A DNA stretch of 64,000 nucleotides, taken from NCBI GenBank assembly GCA_046498385.1, contig JAWOAU010000059.1:76-64075 (forward strand). Reading direction: 5' to 3'. This stretch comes from Thermoplasmata archaeon (GTDB taxonomy: Archaea > Thermoplasmatota > Thermoplasmata > Halarchaeoplasmatales > Halarchaeoplasmataceae). Within the stretch, counting starts at the first letter, position 1, and each line of letters begins with the position of its first letter. The notes beneath the pieces are model-generated. The model searched no databases and was not told where the DNA came from. It saw nothing but the letters and a program-made list of their open reading frames with translations. A program made the translations under genes and the position numbers. Below are positions 9,991 through 20,085 of the stretch, piece by piece.

Positions 9991-10046
9991 TCGCGGACCT
10001 TACTAGCATTATAATTAGTCCGAATAACGAAGAGATGATATTCCCT

Positions 10047-11015
10047 CTAGCCAAGGACCTCGGGATTGACTATGTTCTCCGGCATCTTTCCCTCCAACAC
10101 AGCTATAAGATTGTCTGCGGCCATGACCGCCATACCATCCCGGGCCCTCACAGATGCGCTGCCCAGATGGGGTGCCAGTACCACGTTATCCAGGTCGTAG
10201 TAATTTGGATTTGCTCCATAGGGTTCGTCAGCAAAGACATCTACCCCTGCACCTGCTATATTTTCACATCTCAATGCATCGATCACTTCCTCCTCGTTAA
10301 CCACCTCTCCCCGGGCGGTGTTGATAAGGTAGGCCGAGTCCTTCATCATCTCTAGTTCCTCTTTGCCTATCATACCGTGTGTTTCTTCTGTGAGCGGCAC
10401 GTGCAGTGATACAAAATCCGAGCTCTGAAGAAGTTCATTCATCTTCATGAACTCCGCGCCCAATGAATCCTCTATCTCCCGCACCCTGCTTCTGTTGTAA
10501 TATATTATTTCCATATGAAATCCGGCAGCTCTTTTAGCCAGGGCACTGCCTATGTTGCCCATACCTACTACACCCAATGTCTTTCCTTTGAGCTCGCTTC
10601 CTATCATGAGGGTCGGGTCCCAGCCCTGAAATTTATCCTGTCTAACGAATCTGTCACCCTTAACTATGTTCCTAGCAACCGCCAGCATTAAAGCAAAGGC
10701 CAGTTCTGCCGTGGCGTCTGTGAGTACTCCAGGTGTGTTTGTCACCGCGATACCGTTCTCAGTGGCGCACTCTATGTCTATGTTGTCGTATCCCACTGCG
10801 TAATTCGATATCACCTTTAGATCGTCACCGGCCTGGATAATGTCCCGGTCAATAATATCGGTGAGAGTGCAGAGTACGGCCTTCTTGCCAAGGATACCCG
10901 CTATGATCTCGTCCTTGGTCAACCTCCGGCTTTCAGGATTCACCCGGGTTTTGTATCGCTCCGTTATTTTGTTAAGTCCCTTTTCAGGTATTTTTCTGGT
11001 CACGAAAACATCCAT
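10047..11015 (-). CDS. gyaR: Glyoxylate reductase / D-isomer-specific 2-hydroxyacid dehydrogenase
   Basis: Near-collinear similarity to Pyrococcus GyaR (ANYAVGYDNIDIE..TENGIAVTNTPGVLTDATAELAFALMLA..RNIVKGDRFVR). NAD-binding fold GVVGMGNIGSALAKRA. Catalytic R/E/H region (NTARGEVV...LAPHLGSAS). Confidence 0.8.
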   Translation of the reverse strand: MDVFVTRKIPEKGLNKITERYKTRVNPESRRLTKDEIIAGILGKKAVLCTLTDIIDRDIIQAGDDLKVISNYAVGYDNIDIECATENGIAVTNTPGVLTDATAELAFALMLAVARNIVKGDRFVRQDKFQGWDPTLMIGSELKGKTLGVVGMGNIGSALAKRAAGFHMEIIYYNRSRVREIEDSLGAEFMKMNELLQSSDFVSLHVPLTEETHGMIGKEELEMMKDSAYLINTARGEVVNEEEVIDALRCENIAGAGVDVFADEPYGANPNYYDLDNVVLAPHLGSASVRARDGMAVMAADNLIAVLEGKMPENIVNPEVLG

Positions 11016-11112
11016 GGTCTCACGATTGGCATTATGTTTACATCGATTTACTATTTTTCGGTGGAATCTGTAGGAAAAACTTACTAATTACCGCAGCATT
11101 ATCCTATGCACC

Positions 11113-14100
11113 ATGGTTTCGGCAACAGTGAAAGATAGGATAATAATACATTTGTATACTTATCATGCTTCTCTGACTAAGCAAGGGATGCCCTATGAAT
11201 TATCTCAACCAGGTATTGCTGATGCCATAGGCATAAGCAGACCTCATCTGAGCCAGGAAATACGGAAGATGATACAGGATGAACCAACCTTGGTTAAAGA
11301 AGAGGTCATGCGGGTAAAAGGATTAAAGCGAAAAAGAAAGGTGTATTTCCTGACTCCGAAAGGAGTTTTAAAGGCACAATCATCGGTAGAAAAATTCAAT
11401 GAAGAAAGCATAACTGTTCTTACTTCGGATGGTAAAAAAGACGTCAAATTAAAAAACATCGGTACACATATAAAAGGGAACAACCCTCTTGTTACCGCTC
11501 TATCCAGAGTAGATGCAAAGGGTGTGTTGGACCTTACCGAGGCAAGAGAGTTCAAGGAGGATATATTCATAGACCGCAAAGAGGAAATGGCGGTACTTAA
11601 AAGCTCATTGAAAGAGGCAAGTGAAGAAGGCGGGAAAGTTTTTTTCGTCAAAGGAGATCCAGGTATCGGCAAGACCAGACTCCTAGAGGAGTTTGAAAAA
11701 CATGCATCTAGCGAGGATTTTATCTTTCTTTCCGGCAGAGCATATTTTGAGAGTTCGGACCCTTACCTTCCTTTTAAAAAGGCCTTCGAAGGCACAAAAG
11801 ATTTGGATCACTCTATGGATATTATCTATCCCGATGAAAAAAGAACAAAGGCGGAAGATAAGAATATGTTTGATTATCATAGGAGGACAACTTTCTTTGA
11901 GATAACCAAAGACATTAGGCACATGATAGACAAAAAGCCAATGGTCATATTTTTAGATGATATACAATGGGCGGATTCTGCAACACTGCAGTTGATTCAT
12001 TATCTTTCTGAGAATTTAGAAACATCGCCACTGCTGCTGATCGCCGCCTTTAGACCACAGGATGTAAATATGAACACTCTTTTAAAAGAGATCGTTCAAC
12101 GGATGAGGCGGGTAGGAACCTACGAGGAGATAGAATTAAAACCCCTAAAGTGGAAGCATACAAAAGAGATCATATCCAATATGTTGGGCGTATCCAGGAC
12201 ACCACCTGAATTTGTTAGATTACTTTATGAACTATCCCAGGGTAATCCTCTTTTCATTAAAGAGTGTGTAAAGAGTTTGATCGAAGAGGGCAATTTGGAT
12301 CCAAAGAGGAACCGATATCCCAAGGACCCTAGGCACGTCACCATACCCAATATTATTGTCAGCATAATTGAGAGAAGATTCAGCCAGTTATCCGAAGAAA
12401 CGCTTAAGATGCTCCAGATAGGCTGTATTATAGGAGAGGAAATACCCTTCGATCTGCTGTTAAAAGTTTGTGGGATGGACGAACTCGATGCATTCGACCA
12501 CATAGACATACTGTTGGGAACAAGTATATGGAAGGAGTTACCGGATCAGGACAAGTTTGCCTTCAGCCATGCATTGGTGCATCTAGCGGCATACAATCGA
12601 ATAAGTGATATCAAGAAAAGAAAGTTGCACAAGGCGGTGGCCGAGAAACTCGAAGAGCTATACGAAGAAGACATAGAAAAACATCATTCCAAACTAGCGA
12701 AGCATTTTGAAAGGGCGGGCATGATAGATAGGTCGATATCTTATTATTACAAAGCCGGTAAGAGCGCTGAAACAGTATATGCTCAAGAGGACGCTTTGGA
12801 GATGTATCAGAACGCTCTGAGGTTGTGGGATGGAGAGGATAAAGAACCAGGTATGAAACTGATGGAAAGTTTAGGCGACGTAAATTCTCTTTTAGGTGAT
12901 ATATCCTCCTGTAAGAAGTATTATGAACGGATATTAGATGAAACCGATAACGAGGTTACCGAACAAAGGATGTATCGTAAACTAGCCCGGTTGTGCGAGA
13001 CCCAAGGTGATTTTCGGAGGGTGAAAGAACTTGTAGACAAAGGTCTCGATAGCTATAAAAAGGATAACATCGAGGCGTGTAGATTGTATGAGATCCGGGG
13101 CTGGACATTGATGCAGACAGGGGATTTCCAAGGTGCGGAAGAGATGTTCATTACGGAAAGGCGTCTTTCTGAAGATTTAGGAGATCGAAAGGCCCTCAGC
13201 GATTCAAATCATAATCTAGGTACTTTGATGGTGTACAAAGCTAATTATGATGATGCCCGTCGATATTTAAAAGACGCTTTGAGGATACGTGAAAAGATCG
13301 GGGACAAAAAAAGCATAGCCAAGTCTTTGAATAATTTAGGCGTAGTTTACAAATGTACGGGGGACATAGAAGATGCTTTGGAAACCTATCAACGGTGTTT
13401 GGAAATAGAAAAGGAGATAGGTGATAGAGGAGGGATCGCGGCAACATCAGCCAATTTGGGGACTCTTCAGTATATGAACAATAATCCCAAGGAGGCCGGG
13501 GAGAACTTTGATCATGCCTTGGAGATATTTAGAGGTATAGGTGATAAGATGGGCGTTGCCATGGCCTACAATAATCTAGGCATAGTTCAGTTAGCCATGG
13601 GTGATCTAGAGAGTGCCCTCGAGTATCAAAAGAGAGGTCTTGAACTCCGAAAAAATGTGGGTGATAAACCCGGCTTGGGGATGACCCATGGTATCATAAG
13701 CAGCGTTTTTATCTTGAAGGGAGAACTGGATAAGGCTAAAGAACATATCGATGAGGCCTTTACTTTTTTCGAAAAGATCGATGATGTGAAAGGAATGGCT
13801 CTCATGAAGTCTCTTAAAGGAGATATTAAAAATGAGAACGAGCAGTTCGACGATGCAATAAGTTTGTACGAAGAAAGCCACAAAACTCTAAAACAGATCG
13901 GAGAGAAGTTTGAAAACATATCCAACTGCTGTCGACTGGCCGAGGTATATACTCATGTGGGAAAGTTAACCGAAGCCCGTAGGATGATAATCGAAGGCAT
14001 TATGCTTTCGAAGATGGTGGGTACGGATTATGATAAAGAAGTCTTCCTTAGGATATTAGGGATGGTCCTTCGAAAAGAAAAAAACTTCAAAGGCAGTTTT

Positions 14101-14310
14101 AAGGTTTTGAACAAAGCGGCAGGGCTCCTTGAAAAGAATAAAAAGTACATGGAACTTGCTAGGGTCTATTATGAACTAGGTAAAACTTTTTTGGAGGTCC
14201 ATGACGTACCTAATGGCAAAAGAAATCTTGCCAAGGCGAGAAACAAGTTCAACTCCATGGACATGGAACGCTGGAGTGCCCGAGCCCAGGGGATGTTAGA
14301 CGATATCTAA
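11113..14310 (+). CDS. Multidomain regulator: N-terminal winged HTH, STAND/AAA-type NTPase, C-terminal TPR array
   Basis: wHTH-like N-terminus (SQPGIADAIGISRPHLSQEIRKM). Walker A GDPGIGKTRLLEEF and Walker B-like VIFLDDIQWAD. At least 8 TPR repeats (NNLGVVYKCTGDIEDALETYQRCLEIEKEIGD...). Paralogous to the ATPase domain of the protein at 41768-43234. Confidence 0.7.
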   Translation: MVSATVKDRIIIHLYTYHASLTKQGMPYELSQPGIADAIGISRPHLSQEIRKMIQDEPTLVKEEVMRVKGLKRKRKVYFLTPKGVLKAQSSVEKFNEESITVLTSDGKKDVKLKNIGTHIKGNNPLVTALSRVDAKGVLDLTEAREFKEDIFIDRKEEMAVLKSSLKEASEEGGKVFFVKGDPGIGKTRLLEEFEKHASSEDFIFLSGRAYFESSDPYLPFKKAFEGTKDLDHSMDIIYPDEKRTKAEDKNMFDYHRRTTFFEITKDIRHMIDKKPMVIFLDDIQWADSATLQLIHYLSENLETSPLLLIAAFRPQDVNMNTLLKEIVQRMRRVGTYEEIELKPLKWKHTKEIISNMLGVSRTPPEFVRLLYELSQGNPLFIKECVKSLIEEGNLDPKRNRYPKDPRHVTIPNIIVSIIERRFSQLSEETLKMLQIGCIIGEEIPFDLLLKVCGMDELDAFDHIDILLGTSIWKELPDQDKFAFSHALVHLAAYNRISDIKKRKLHKAVAEKLEELYEEDIEKHHSKLAKHFERAGMIDRSISYYYKAGKSAETVYAQEDALEMYQNALRLWDGEDKEPGMKLMESLGDVNSLLGDISSCKKYYERILDETDNEVTEQRMYRKLARLCETQGDFRRVKELVDKGLDSYKKDNIEACRLYEIRGWTLMQTGDFQGAEEMFITERRLSEDLGDRKALSDSNHNLGTLMVYKANYDDARRYLKDALRIREKIGDKKSIAKSLNNLGVVYKCTGDIEDALETYQRCLEIEKEIGDRGGIAATSANLGTLQYMNNNPKEAGENFDHALEIFRGIGDKMGVAMAYNNLGIVQLAMGDLESALEYQKRGLELRKNVGDKPGLGMTHGIISSVFILKGELDKAKEHIDEAFTFFEKIDDVKGMALMKSLKGDIKNENEQFDDAISLYEESHKTLKQIGEKFENISNCCRLAEVYTHVGKLTEARRMIIEGIMLSKMVGTDYDKEVFLRILGMVLRKEKNFKGSFKVLNKAAGLLEKNKKYMELARVYYELGKTFLEVHDVPNGKRNLAKARNKFNSMDMERWSARAQGMLDDI

Positions 14311-14345
14311 ATCTCAGGCACATCTACCATAGATTCAAGGGCGCA

Positions 14346-15530
14346 TCATATATTTTTTTCATGACGATCCATTATATCCTCGGCCAACCTTTCTATGTCC
14401 TCTAGATCCTTGGCCGTGGGGTGACCTTTGACTACCACGGGTTCTATCATCTCGGCCTTCAAGTTCTTGATACTGTCCTTTATCACATCAGGCATCCTAC
14501 CGCCCCACCCGTAGGACCCGATGAGTGATACAAATTTTGTCTTGGGCCGCAGTGCGTTGACCAAATAAGCGGCATAGAGTGCCTTAGGGTGTGGCCCCGT
14601 TAGGACGGTGGGGGTTGCGATCACCACCGTTGCCGCATCTACTAGGGACATGGCGAGATCGCCTAGATCGGTGGTGGTAAGATTATATGGCGTGACTTTT
14701 ATCCCCTTCTCTATAAGAGTATTCACCAGGTGTTGAACCATGTCTTCGGTACTTCCGTGCATGGAAACGTAAGGCACCACCACCTCGTTCCTCACCTCGT
14801 CCGATATCCAATCCCGGTATGCATCCATTATGAAATCCGGTTCATCATATATGGGTCCGTGACTGGGAGCGATAACATCGAAGTCTAGTTTCTCCAGTTT
14901 CTTTATATGTCCTTTGATCAGTCTGCGGAAGGGCATCATTATCTCTGCGTAGTAGCGCTTGGCTGCCGGATATACGATGTTTTTATCCCTGACGAATAGG
15001 TTGCTGGCTGCCATATGTGAACCGAAAAGATCACAGGTAAACAGTATCCCGTCTTCAGGCAGATGCGTCAACATGGTTTCCGGCCAGTGAACCCAAGGGG
15101 CGTATATGAATCGCAGGGTTCTATCTCCCAAGGACAGTTCCTCGCCATCCTTGACCTCTAGGAACCGCTCATTGGGGACATGGAGGTGATCCTTGAGCAT
15201 CTTCATGCACTTTTGGTTCGTAACCACCCTGGCCATAGGGTATCTTTCCAGTACCGCCGGTATGGAACCGGAATGGTCCTGTTCGCAGTGATGTGAGATC
15301 ACGTAATCTATATGGTCTACACCCAATGAATTCAGATTATCCATAAGGACAGATTCCTTCGGCGGGTCAACTGTATCCAGCAGAGCTACCTTTTCACTTC
15401 CACGGATCAGATAAGCGTTGTAACTGGTTCCATCGGGCAAGGGGATAAGTTCATCGAAGAGTTCCCGATCCCAATCCACCGCACCTACCTCGTAAATATC
15501 TTTTTTTAATCTCATAACTGCCATTTTCAT
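14346..15530 (-). CDS. fprA: Flavodiiron protein (metallo-beta-lactamase-like diiron domain plus flavodoxin domain), an O2/NO reductase
   Basis: Diiron motif HHCEQDHSG (HxExDH) and a C-terminal flavodoxin fold. AAGGAG Shine-Dalgarno upstream. The true start may be Met3 (MAVMRL). Confidence 0.8.
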   Translation of the reverse strand: MKMAVMRLKKDIYEVGAVDWDRELFDELIPLPDGTSYNAYLIRGSEKVALLDTVDPPKESVLMDNLNSLGVDHIDYVISHHCEQDHSGSIPAVLERYPMARVVTNQKCMKMLKDHLHVPNERFLEVKDGEELSLGDRTLRFIYAPWVHWPETMLTHLPEDGILFTCDLFGSHMAASNLFVRDKNIVYPAAKRYYAEIMMPFRRLIKGHIKKLEKLDFDVIAPSHGPIYDEPDFIMDAYRDWISDEVRNEVVVPYVSMHGSTEDMVQHLVNTLIEKGIKVTPYNLTTTDLGDLAMSLVDAATVVIATPTVLTGPHPKALYAAYLVNALRPKTKFVSLIGSYGWGGRMPDVIKDSIKNLKAEMIEPVVVKGHPTAKDLEDIERLAEDIMDRHEKNI

Positions 15531-15568
15531 TCACTCCTTTTAACTCATCTTAAGAGCGATAATGTTAA

Positions 15569-16930
15569 ATGCAAAAAAATGTTGTGGTATACATGCATAG
15601 AGAAAAAATTGCACAGGAAGTAATGGTGAGGATCAGAAATGAAAAAATTAAGTTCGTAGAACTGCAGTTCATGGATATACAGGGGATGGTCAAAACCGTT
15701 TCCATCCCCGCATCCCATCTCCCTCATGCCATCGAGGACGGTATCCTCTTCGATGGATCATCCATAATGGGCTATGCGACGGTTGATGAATCCGACTTGA
15801 GGGCGTATCCGGATTTAAATACGTTTTTGATATATCCCTGGAGTAATGAAAAGGTGAAGACCGGGAGCATGATATGTGATATCTACGATTCCAACGGTAA
15901 ACAGTTCGAAGGCGATCCCAGGTATATACTCAAAAAGACAATTGAAAGAGCAAAAAAGATGGGTTATTATTTCAACGTTGGGCCCGAACTTGAGTTTTTC
16001 CTCTTTCGTTTAAATGGGAACGGAGATCCTACCAACATACCCGATGAAAGTGGTGGGTACTTTGATCTTATGCCCCTTGACAGAGCGGAAAAAGTGCGCA
16101 AGGAATGCACTCTTGATTTTGAAGAGATGGGATTCGAAGTGGAGGCGTCCCACCACGAAGTGGCGTCAGGACAGCATGAGATAGATCTTAGATACGACGA
16201 GGCGCTGAAGATCGCGGACCGAATACTCACCCTAAAGCACTGTATAAAGACCATAGCTAAGCAGAATTCATTACATGCAACCTTCATGCCAAAGCCCATC
16301 ACAGGAGTGAACGGGACGGGCATGCATATTCATCAAAGCCTTATGGATAGGAAGGGTAACAATGTATTTTATAACTCCGATGGTGAGGACCAGGTAAGTG
16401 ATATATTCAGATATTACACGGGAGGCGTATTGAAGCATGCAAAGGAAACATGTGGTATACTCGCTTCCTGGGTCAACTCATACAAACGCCTGGTCCCGGG
16501 CTATGAAGCACCGGTTTACGTCTCATGGGCATATCTTAATCGGAGTGCTTTGGCAAGGGTACCCGCAGGTAGAGGAAAGGGTACCAGGCTGGAGATAAGA
16601 AACCCGGATCCCGCAGGTAATCCCTACCTCCAGTTCAGCGTACTGCTGGCATCGGGTTTAAACGGGATCGACAACAAGATCGATCCGGGTCCGGCGGTGG
16701 ACGAAGATGTATTCTCCATGACAGATGATGAAAAAAGTAAAAAGGGAATAGAGGCGTTGCCTTCTAATTTAGGACATGCCCTGTCTTACATTGAACAAAG
16801 CGAGTTCATAAAAGAGACCCTAGGTGAGCATATCCAGAGACACTTTCTTTACGTAAAGAGAAGAGAATGGGATGAATACAGACAGCAGGTCACGGATTGG
16901 GAAATAAAGAAATACCTTTCTTCATTGTAA
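15569..16930 (+). CDS. glnA: Glutamine synthetase type I
   Basis: N-terminal beta-grasp (KFVELQFMDIQGMVKTVSIP), catalytic region (GPELEFFLF, HHEVASGQHEIDLRYD, GMHIHQSL), full GS length. The start may be an internal Met (Met9 or Met19). Confidence 0.9.
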   Translation: MQKNVVVYMHREKIAQEVMVRIRNEKIKFVELQFMDIQGMVKTVSIPASHLPHAIEDGILFDGSSIMGYATVDESDLRAYPDLNTFLIYPWSNEKVKTGSMICDIYDSNGKQFEGDPRYILKKTIERAKKMGYYFNVGPELEFFLFRLNGNGDPTNIPDESGGYFDLMPLDRAEKVRKECTLDFEEMGFEVEASHHEVASGQHEIDLRYDEALKIADRILTLKHCIKTIAKQNSLHATFMPKPITGVNGTGMHIHQSLMDRKGNNVFYNSDGEDQVSDIFRYYTGGVLKHAKETCGILASWVNSYKRLVPGYEAPVYVSWAYLNRSALARVPAGRGKGTRLEIRNPDPAGNPYLQFSVLLASGLNGIDNKIDPGPAVDEDVFSMTDDEKSKKGIEALPSNLGHALSYIEQSEFIKETLGEHIQRHFLYVKRREWDEYRQQVTDWEIKKYLSSL

Positions 16931-16936
16931 TCGAAC

Positions 16937-17662
16937 ATGGTCTTTCCACAACCCCTTTGGAATGAAAGGGCCATGATCAAGGGTTCTACCCTGGTGGCCT
17001 GTGATCTTCATATAGGTTATGAAAGGGAGTTAGAAGAAAAAGGAGTATTTGTATCTTCCAAAACACCTGGTATGGTAAAAGATATACATGATATGTTGGT
17101 TGAACACAATGTAGATTGCTTGATCATCAACGGCGACCTTAAACACAGCATACCCCAGGCATCGTGGCAGGAGTACAATGAAATACCCAATGCCATAGAC
17201 CGATGGCTCAGAGTGGTGAAGGAGGTGCATGTTGTCCGAGGCAACCATGACGGGGGTTTAGAGAATTACTTACCAAGGGACGTAACGATCCACGATTCCC
17301 GGGGATATCGTAGGAACGACATCGGTTATTTTCACGGCCATGCCCGACCGTCGGATGAGGTGTTAGATGCGGATATACTGGTTACCGCTCACTGTCACCC
17401 GTCCATCACTCTGTTTGATAAACTGGGAAAGCGAAACAAGCTTCACTGCTGGTCCCGGATCAAGTTCACATTGAACAAAAGGGAGGGTGATTTGATAGTC
17501 ATGCCGAGTTTCAATCCTCTGCTGGGAGGTGTCAGCGTAAACGAGGATGGATATCTCGGACCGTTTTTTAGAGATATAGATATAATCGAAGAGGATATCT
17601 ATCTCTTAGACGGTACCCATCTAGGTGGTTTTACAGATAAGGGCGATCCTCCTTCAGTATGA
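16937..17662 (+). CDS. Calcineurin-like metallophosphoesterase (small archaeal SbcD/Mre11-related phosphoesterase family)
   Basis: Phosphoesterase motifs: ACDLHIG (DxH), INGDLKH (GDxxD/H), VVRGNHDG (GNHD/E), HGH, CHPS. Confidence 0.6.
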   Translation: MVFPQPLWNERAMIKGSTLVACDLHIGYERELEEKGVFVSSKTPGMVKDIHDMLVEHNVDCLIINGDLKHSIPQASWQEYNEIPNAIDRWLRVVKEVHVVRGNHDGGLENYLPRDVTIHDSRGYRRNDIGYFHGHARPSDEVLDADILVTAHCHPSITLFDKLGKRNKLHCWSRIKFTLNKREGDLIVMPSFNPLLGGVSVNEDGYLGPFFRDIDIIEEDIYLLDGTHLGGFTDKGDPPSV

Positions 17663-18146
17663 CCGGAACGGCAATACAGACATTGGCGGTGGAGAGTCCG
17701 ATGTTCTTGGCTGCGAGACCCGCCTTTATCATCACCGATGCCTTTACCTTATGCACGCTTGCGGTATCCAGGGCACTTCCCAGGGCCATACCCATATCCA
17801 GCAGTCTGTAGATACAGTTCGGTCCGCGGAATATACCTTGGGCCGAGACACTTTTGAATTCATCACAATCGTCGAAGCCGCATGCACGGCAATTCAAACC
17901 CAAGGGGGGGTGTTCTTTTAGACTGATCAATAAGACCGCTTGTGCGTCTTCTTCTAGGATCTTACCGTACTTGGAGTAGTCCTCATCATTTAATTCATCA
18001 GATAACTGATACATTTCTTCGGCCAGTATCTCTCTTTCGGCATCGTCCAACAAAGCTATATCCATGTAGGATTCGCCGCTGGCCTTTGGTACCGTACGGG
18101 CTCTTACTGTCATGAGGTCTGATATTATCTTGATTCCTTTTTCCAT
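17631..18146 (-). CDS. Conserved hypothetical protein, Cys-rich (ferredoxin-like DUF2148-type?)
   Basis: 171-aa ORF with the Cys cluster NCRACGFDDCDEF and a further CIY...C. The assignment to DUF2148 is from memory and uncertain. Convergent 32-nt overlap with the upstream gene. Confidence 0.4.
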   Translation of the reverse strand: MEKGIKIISDLMTVRARTVPKASGESYMDIALLDDAEREILAEEMYQLSDELNDEDYSKYGKILEEDAQAVLLISLKEHPPLGLNCRACGFDDCDEFKSVSAQGIFRGPNCIYRLLDMGMALGSALDTASVHKVKASVMIKAGLAAKNIGLSTANVCIAVPVILKEDRPYL

Positions 18147-18201
18147 TTTCTCACCTGAACGTTATAGGTACATAGGGTACATATTATGTTATCGCTGTCT
18201 T

Positions 18202-18576
18202 TTACTCTAGTCCTAGGAATCCTAGGGCCGCGCCGATGATGGCGATGAGACCCGAGATCGCTCCTACCGCACCGCCTAACACCATCAATATTATTCCAAA
18301 GACACCGGAGAGGATGGTCCACCTACGGGTGTCTCGATGCAAATTCATACAGGATATCAAAAGAGCAAAGCCGAATAAAAGGTTAACCAAGAACTGGAAT
18401 ATGAAAATTATGTCGGCGAGGGAGATGATAGAAACCAGAAAATGAGTAAAACCCAGACCGATGGCTACATAACCCCCTAAGGTTATCAACACAGCAGGTA
18501 AAGACATCTTCTCCAACTCATTTATTGACTTAGGCGAAGATTCGTATACCTTGGCGATGAGATCGTTTTCCATCAC
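18202..18576 (-). CDS. Small integral membrane protein (3-4 TM), function unknown
   Basis: 124 aa with hydrophobic helices and a Gly-rich GxxxG-like C-terminus. Confidence 0.4.
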   Translation of the reverse strand: MMENDLIAKVYESSPKSINELEKMSLPAVLITLGGYVAIGLGFTHFLVSIISLADIIFIFQFLVNLLFGFALLISCMNLHRDTRRWTILSGVFGIILMVLGGAVGAISGLIAIIGAALGFLGLE

Positions 18577-18689
18577 GGGTTTAATGGTATTATGTGTTAT
18601 TTAACTATTTAGGGCGGTATTATCTCTGGTGTTAGGGACAAAAATTAATTATACCATATGCTTTTTAAACGGACCAAAAGAGGTTAAAA

Positions 18690-20012
18690 ATGAGAAAAAA
18701 AAGTAAATTAACCGTAATAGCGGTGGTGACCCTCCTTATCATTTCAATATCTATTGTTGGTACGATCACGGCTCAAGCAGCAGATCATCCCTGGCCTTAT
18801 CACGGGCAAAACACTAGGGGTACCAGGAGGAGTCCTTATGATACGGGTCACGTTGATGGAACTGTAAAATGGAGTCACCAGATCCCCAAAGCACCTTTAC
18901 GGGCCATGCATACTCCGGCGATCGACAAGGAAAATAATATTTACATCACGTATCAACCAAGCATCCGTGCCTTCAATTCAGAGGGTGAATTGATGTGGAA
19001 TTCTACTCTCGATGCCCTCGTGTCCACTTCGCCGGCATTAGGCCCGGACGGGAGTGTGTATGCAGGAGGATATGATGGGATACTTTACGTATTTGACCCT
19101 GATGATGGAAGTATAGATTGGACATTTGACACCGGTTTAAGGGATGTAAAGATACGTTCTGACCCAGTTGTAACTTCAAAGAACGAGATATATTTTGGTA
19201 CCGATGAAGGTGTATTCCTCGCCGTAGACGGTAATACCCGGACCGAGATGTGGCGCCTTTCCGTACCACAACCTACCCCGGAAAACCCCCGAGAGAGGGA
19301 TATTTTTATATCCCCAGCCATAGCCGATGACGGGACGGTTTACTTTGGCTCTCTTAATCATTATTTTTATGCCGTAAAGGACGGAGATCTTTTGTGGGAC
19401 TTAGAGTTGGATGGACAGATATGGTCGTCACCAGCGATAGCTGATGACGGTACAATCTACGTAGGAGATAGAAATTATGGGTTGGTCGCTCTGAGTCCAG
19501 AGGGCGAAGGAGTATGGAATTATCAGATACTTGATGAAGAAGACACAGTCTATGGCGTGATGAGTTCTCCGGCCATCGGAGATGACGGTACGATATATTT
19601 TGGAGCTATGGACAAAGGCATCTATGCACTTTATCCCGACGAAGGGCTATCCAGGGAAGAAAGATTAAGATGGCATATTATGACGGATGCGGAGATAATG
19701 CAATCATCTCCCGCCGTTAGTGCAGATGGAACGGTATATATCGGTTCATTTGACAAGGTGCTGTATGCCGTAGGTGAGAAAGATGGACATGTTTTATTGA
19801 ACTGGTACTACAACACAACCGGTCCAATTGATTCATCACCGGCTATTGGTCCGGACGGTACGGTTTACGTAGGTAATATTCACGGTGAAGTTTTAGCCTT
19901 TACAGGGGAAGAAGGTGTTGCTTTGAACTGGTGGATCATAGGGTCCGTCCTGGGCATAATAGCAGGGGTTGCAGTGGCTTTCTTTTATAAAAAATACAAA
20001 GACATATCGTGA
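18690..20012 (+). CDS. Cell-surface PQQ-like beta-propeller repeat protein with C-terminal TM anchor
   Basis: Signal peptide (LTVIAVVTLLIISISIVGTITAQAA). At least 7 repeats of the PQQ-like pattern (DG[TS][IV]Y[VF]G[ST]...[LF]YA[VL]). C-terminal TM plus basic tail (IIGSVLGIIAGVAVAFFYKKYK). Confidence 0.7.
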   Translation: MRKKSKLTVIAVVTLLIISISIVGTITAQAADHPWPYHGQNTRGTRRSPYDTGHVDGTVKWSHQIPKAPLRAMHTPAIDKENNIYITYQPSIRAFNSEGELMWNSTLDALVSTSPALGPDGSVYAGGYDGILYVFDPDDGSIDWTFDTGLRDVKIRSDPVVTSKNEIYFGTDEGVFLAVDGNTRTEMWRLSVPQPTPENPRERDIFISPAIADDGTVYFGSLNHYFYAVKDGDLLWDLELDGQIWSSPAIADDGTIYVGDRNYGLVALSPEGEGVWNYQILDEEDTVYGVMSSPAIGDDGTIYFGAMDKGIYALYPDEGLSREERLRWHIMTDAEIMQSSPAVSADGTVYIGSFDKVLYAVGEKDGHVLLNWYYNTTGPIDSSPAIGPDGTVYVGNIHGEVLAFTGEEGVALNWWIIGSVLGIIAGVAVAFFYKKYKDIS

Positions 20013-20085
20013 TCCCAGGTAACAAAAAGATCAGAGTTTACCAAAAATCAGTTATCCAACCTATGGTTTAGTGTTTTGAAGAGTC

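Noticed and set aside
11113-14310. Possibility that the wHTH-STAND-TPR protein is an antiviral STAND (Avs-like) defense NTPase
   Set aside because: No nuclease, protease or other effector domain. The N-terminus looks like a DNA-binding wHTH, so a transcription-regulator reading is more parsimonious. This remains an inference.
15541-15600. Apparent 1-nt discrepancy between my manual coordinate count and the ORF-track coordinates around 15545-15570
   Set aside because: Probably a counting or transcription slip. The track coordinates were trusted. Hand-derived coordinates elsewhere (tRNA, SRP RNA, IS ends) were cross-checked against nearby track ORFs but may still be off by about 1.
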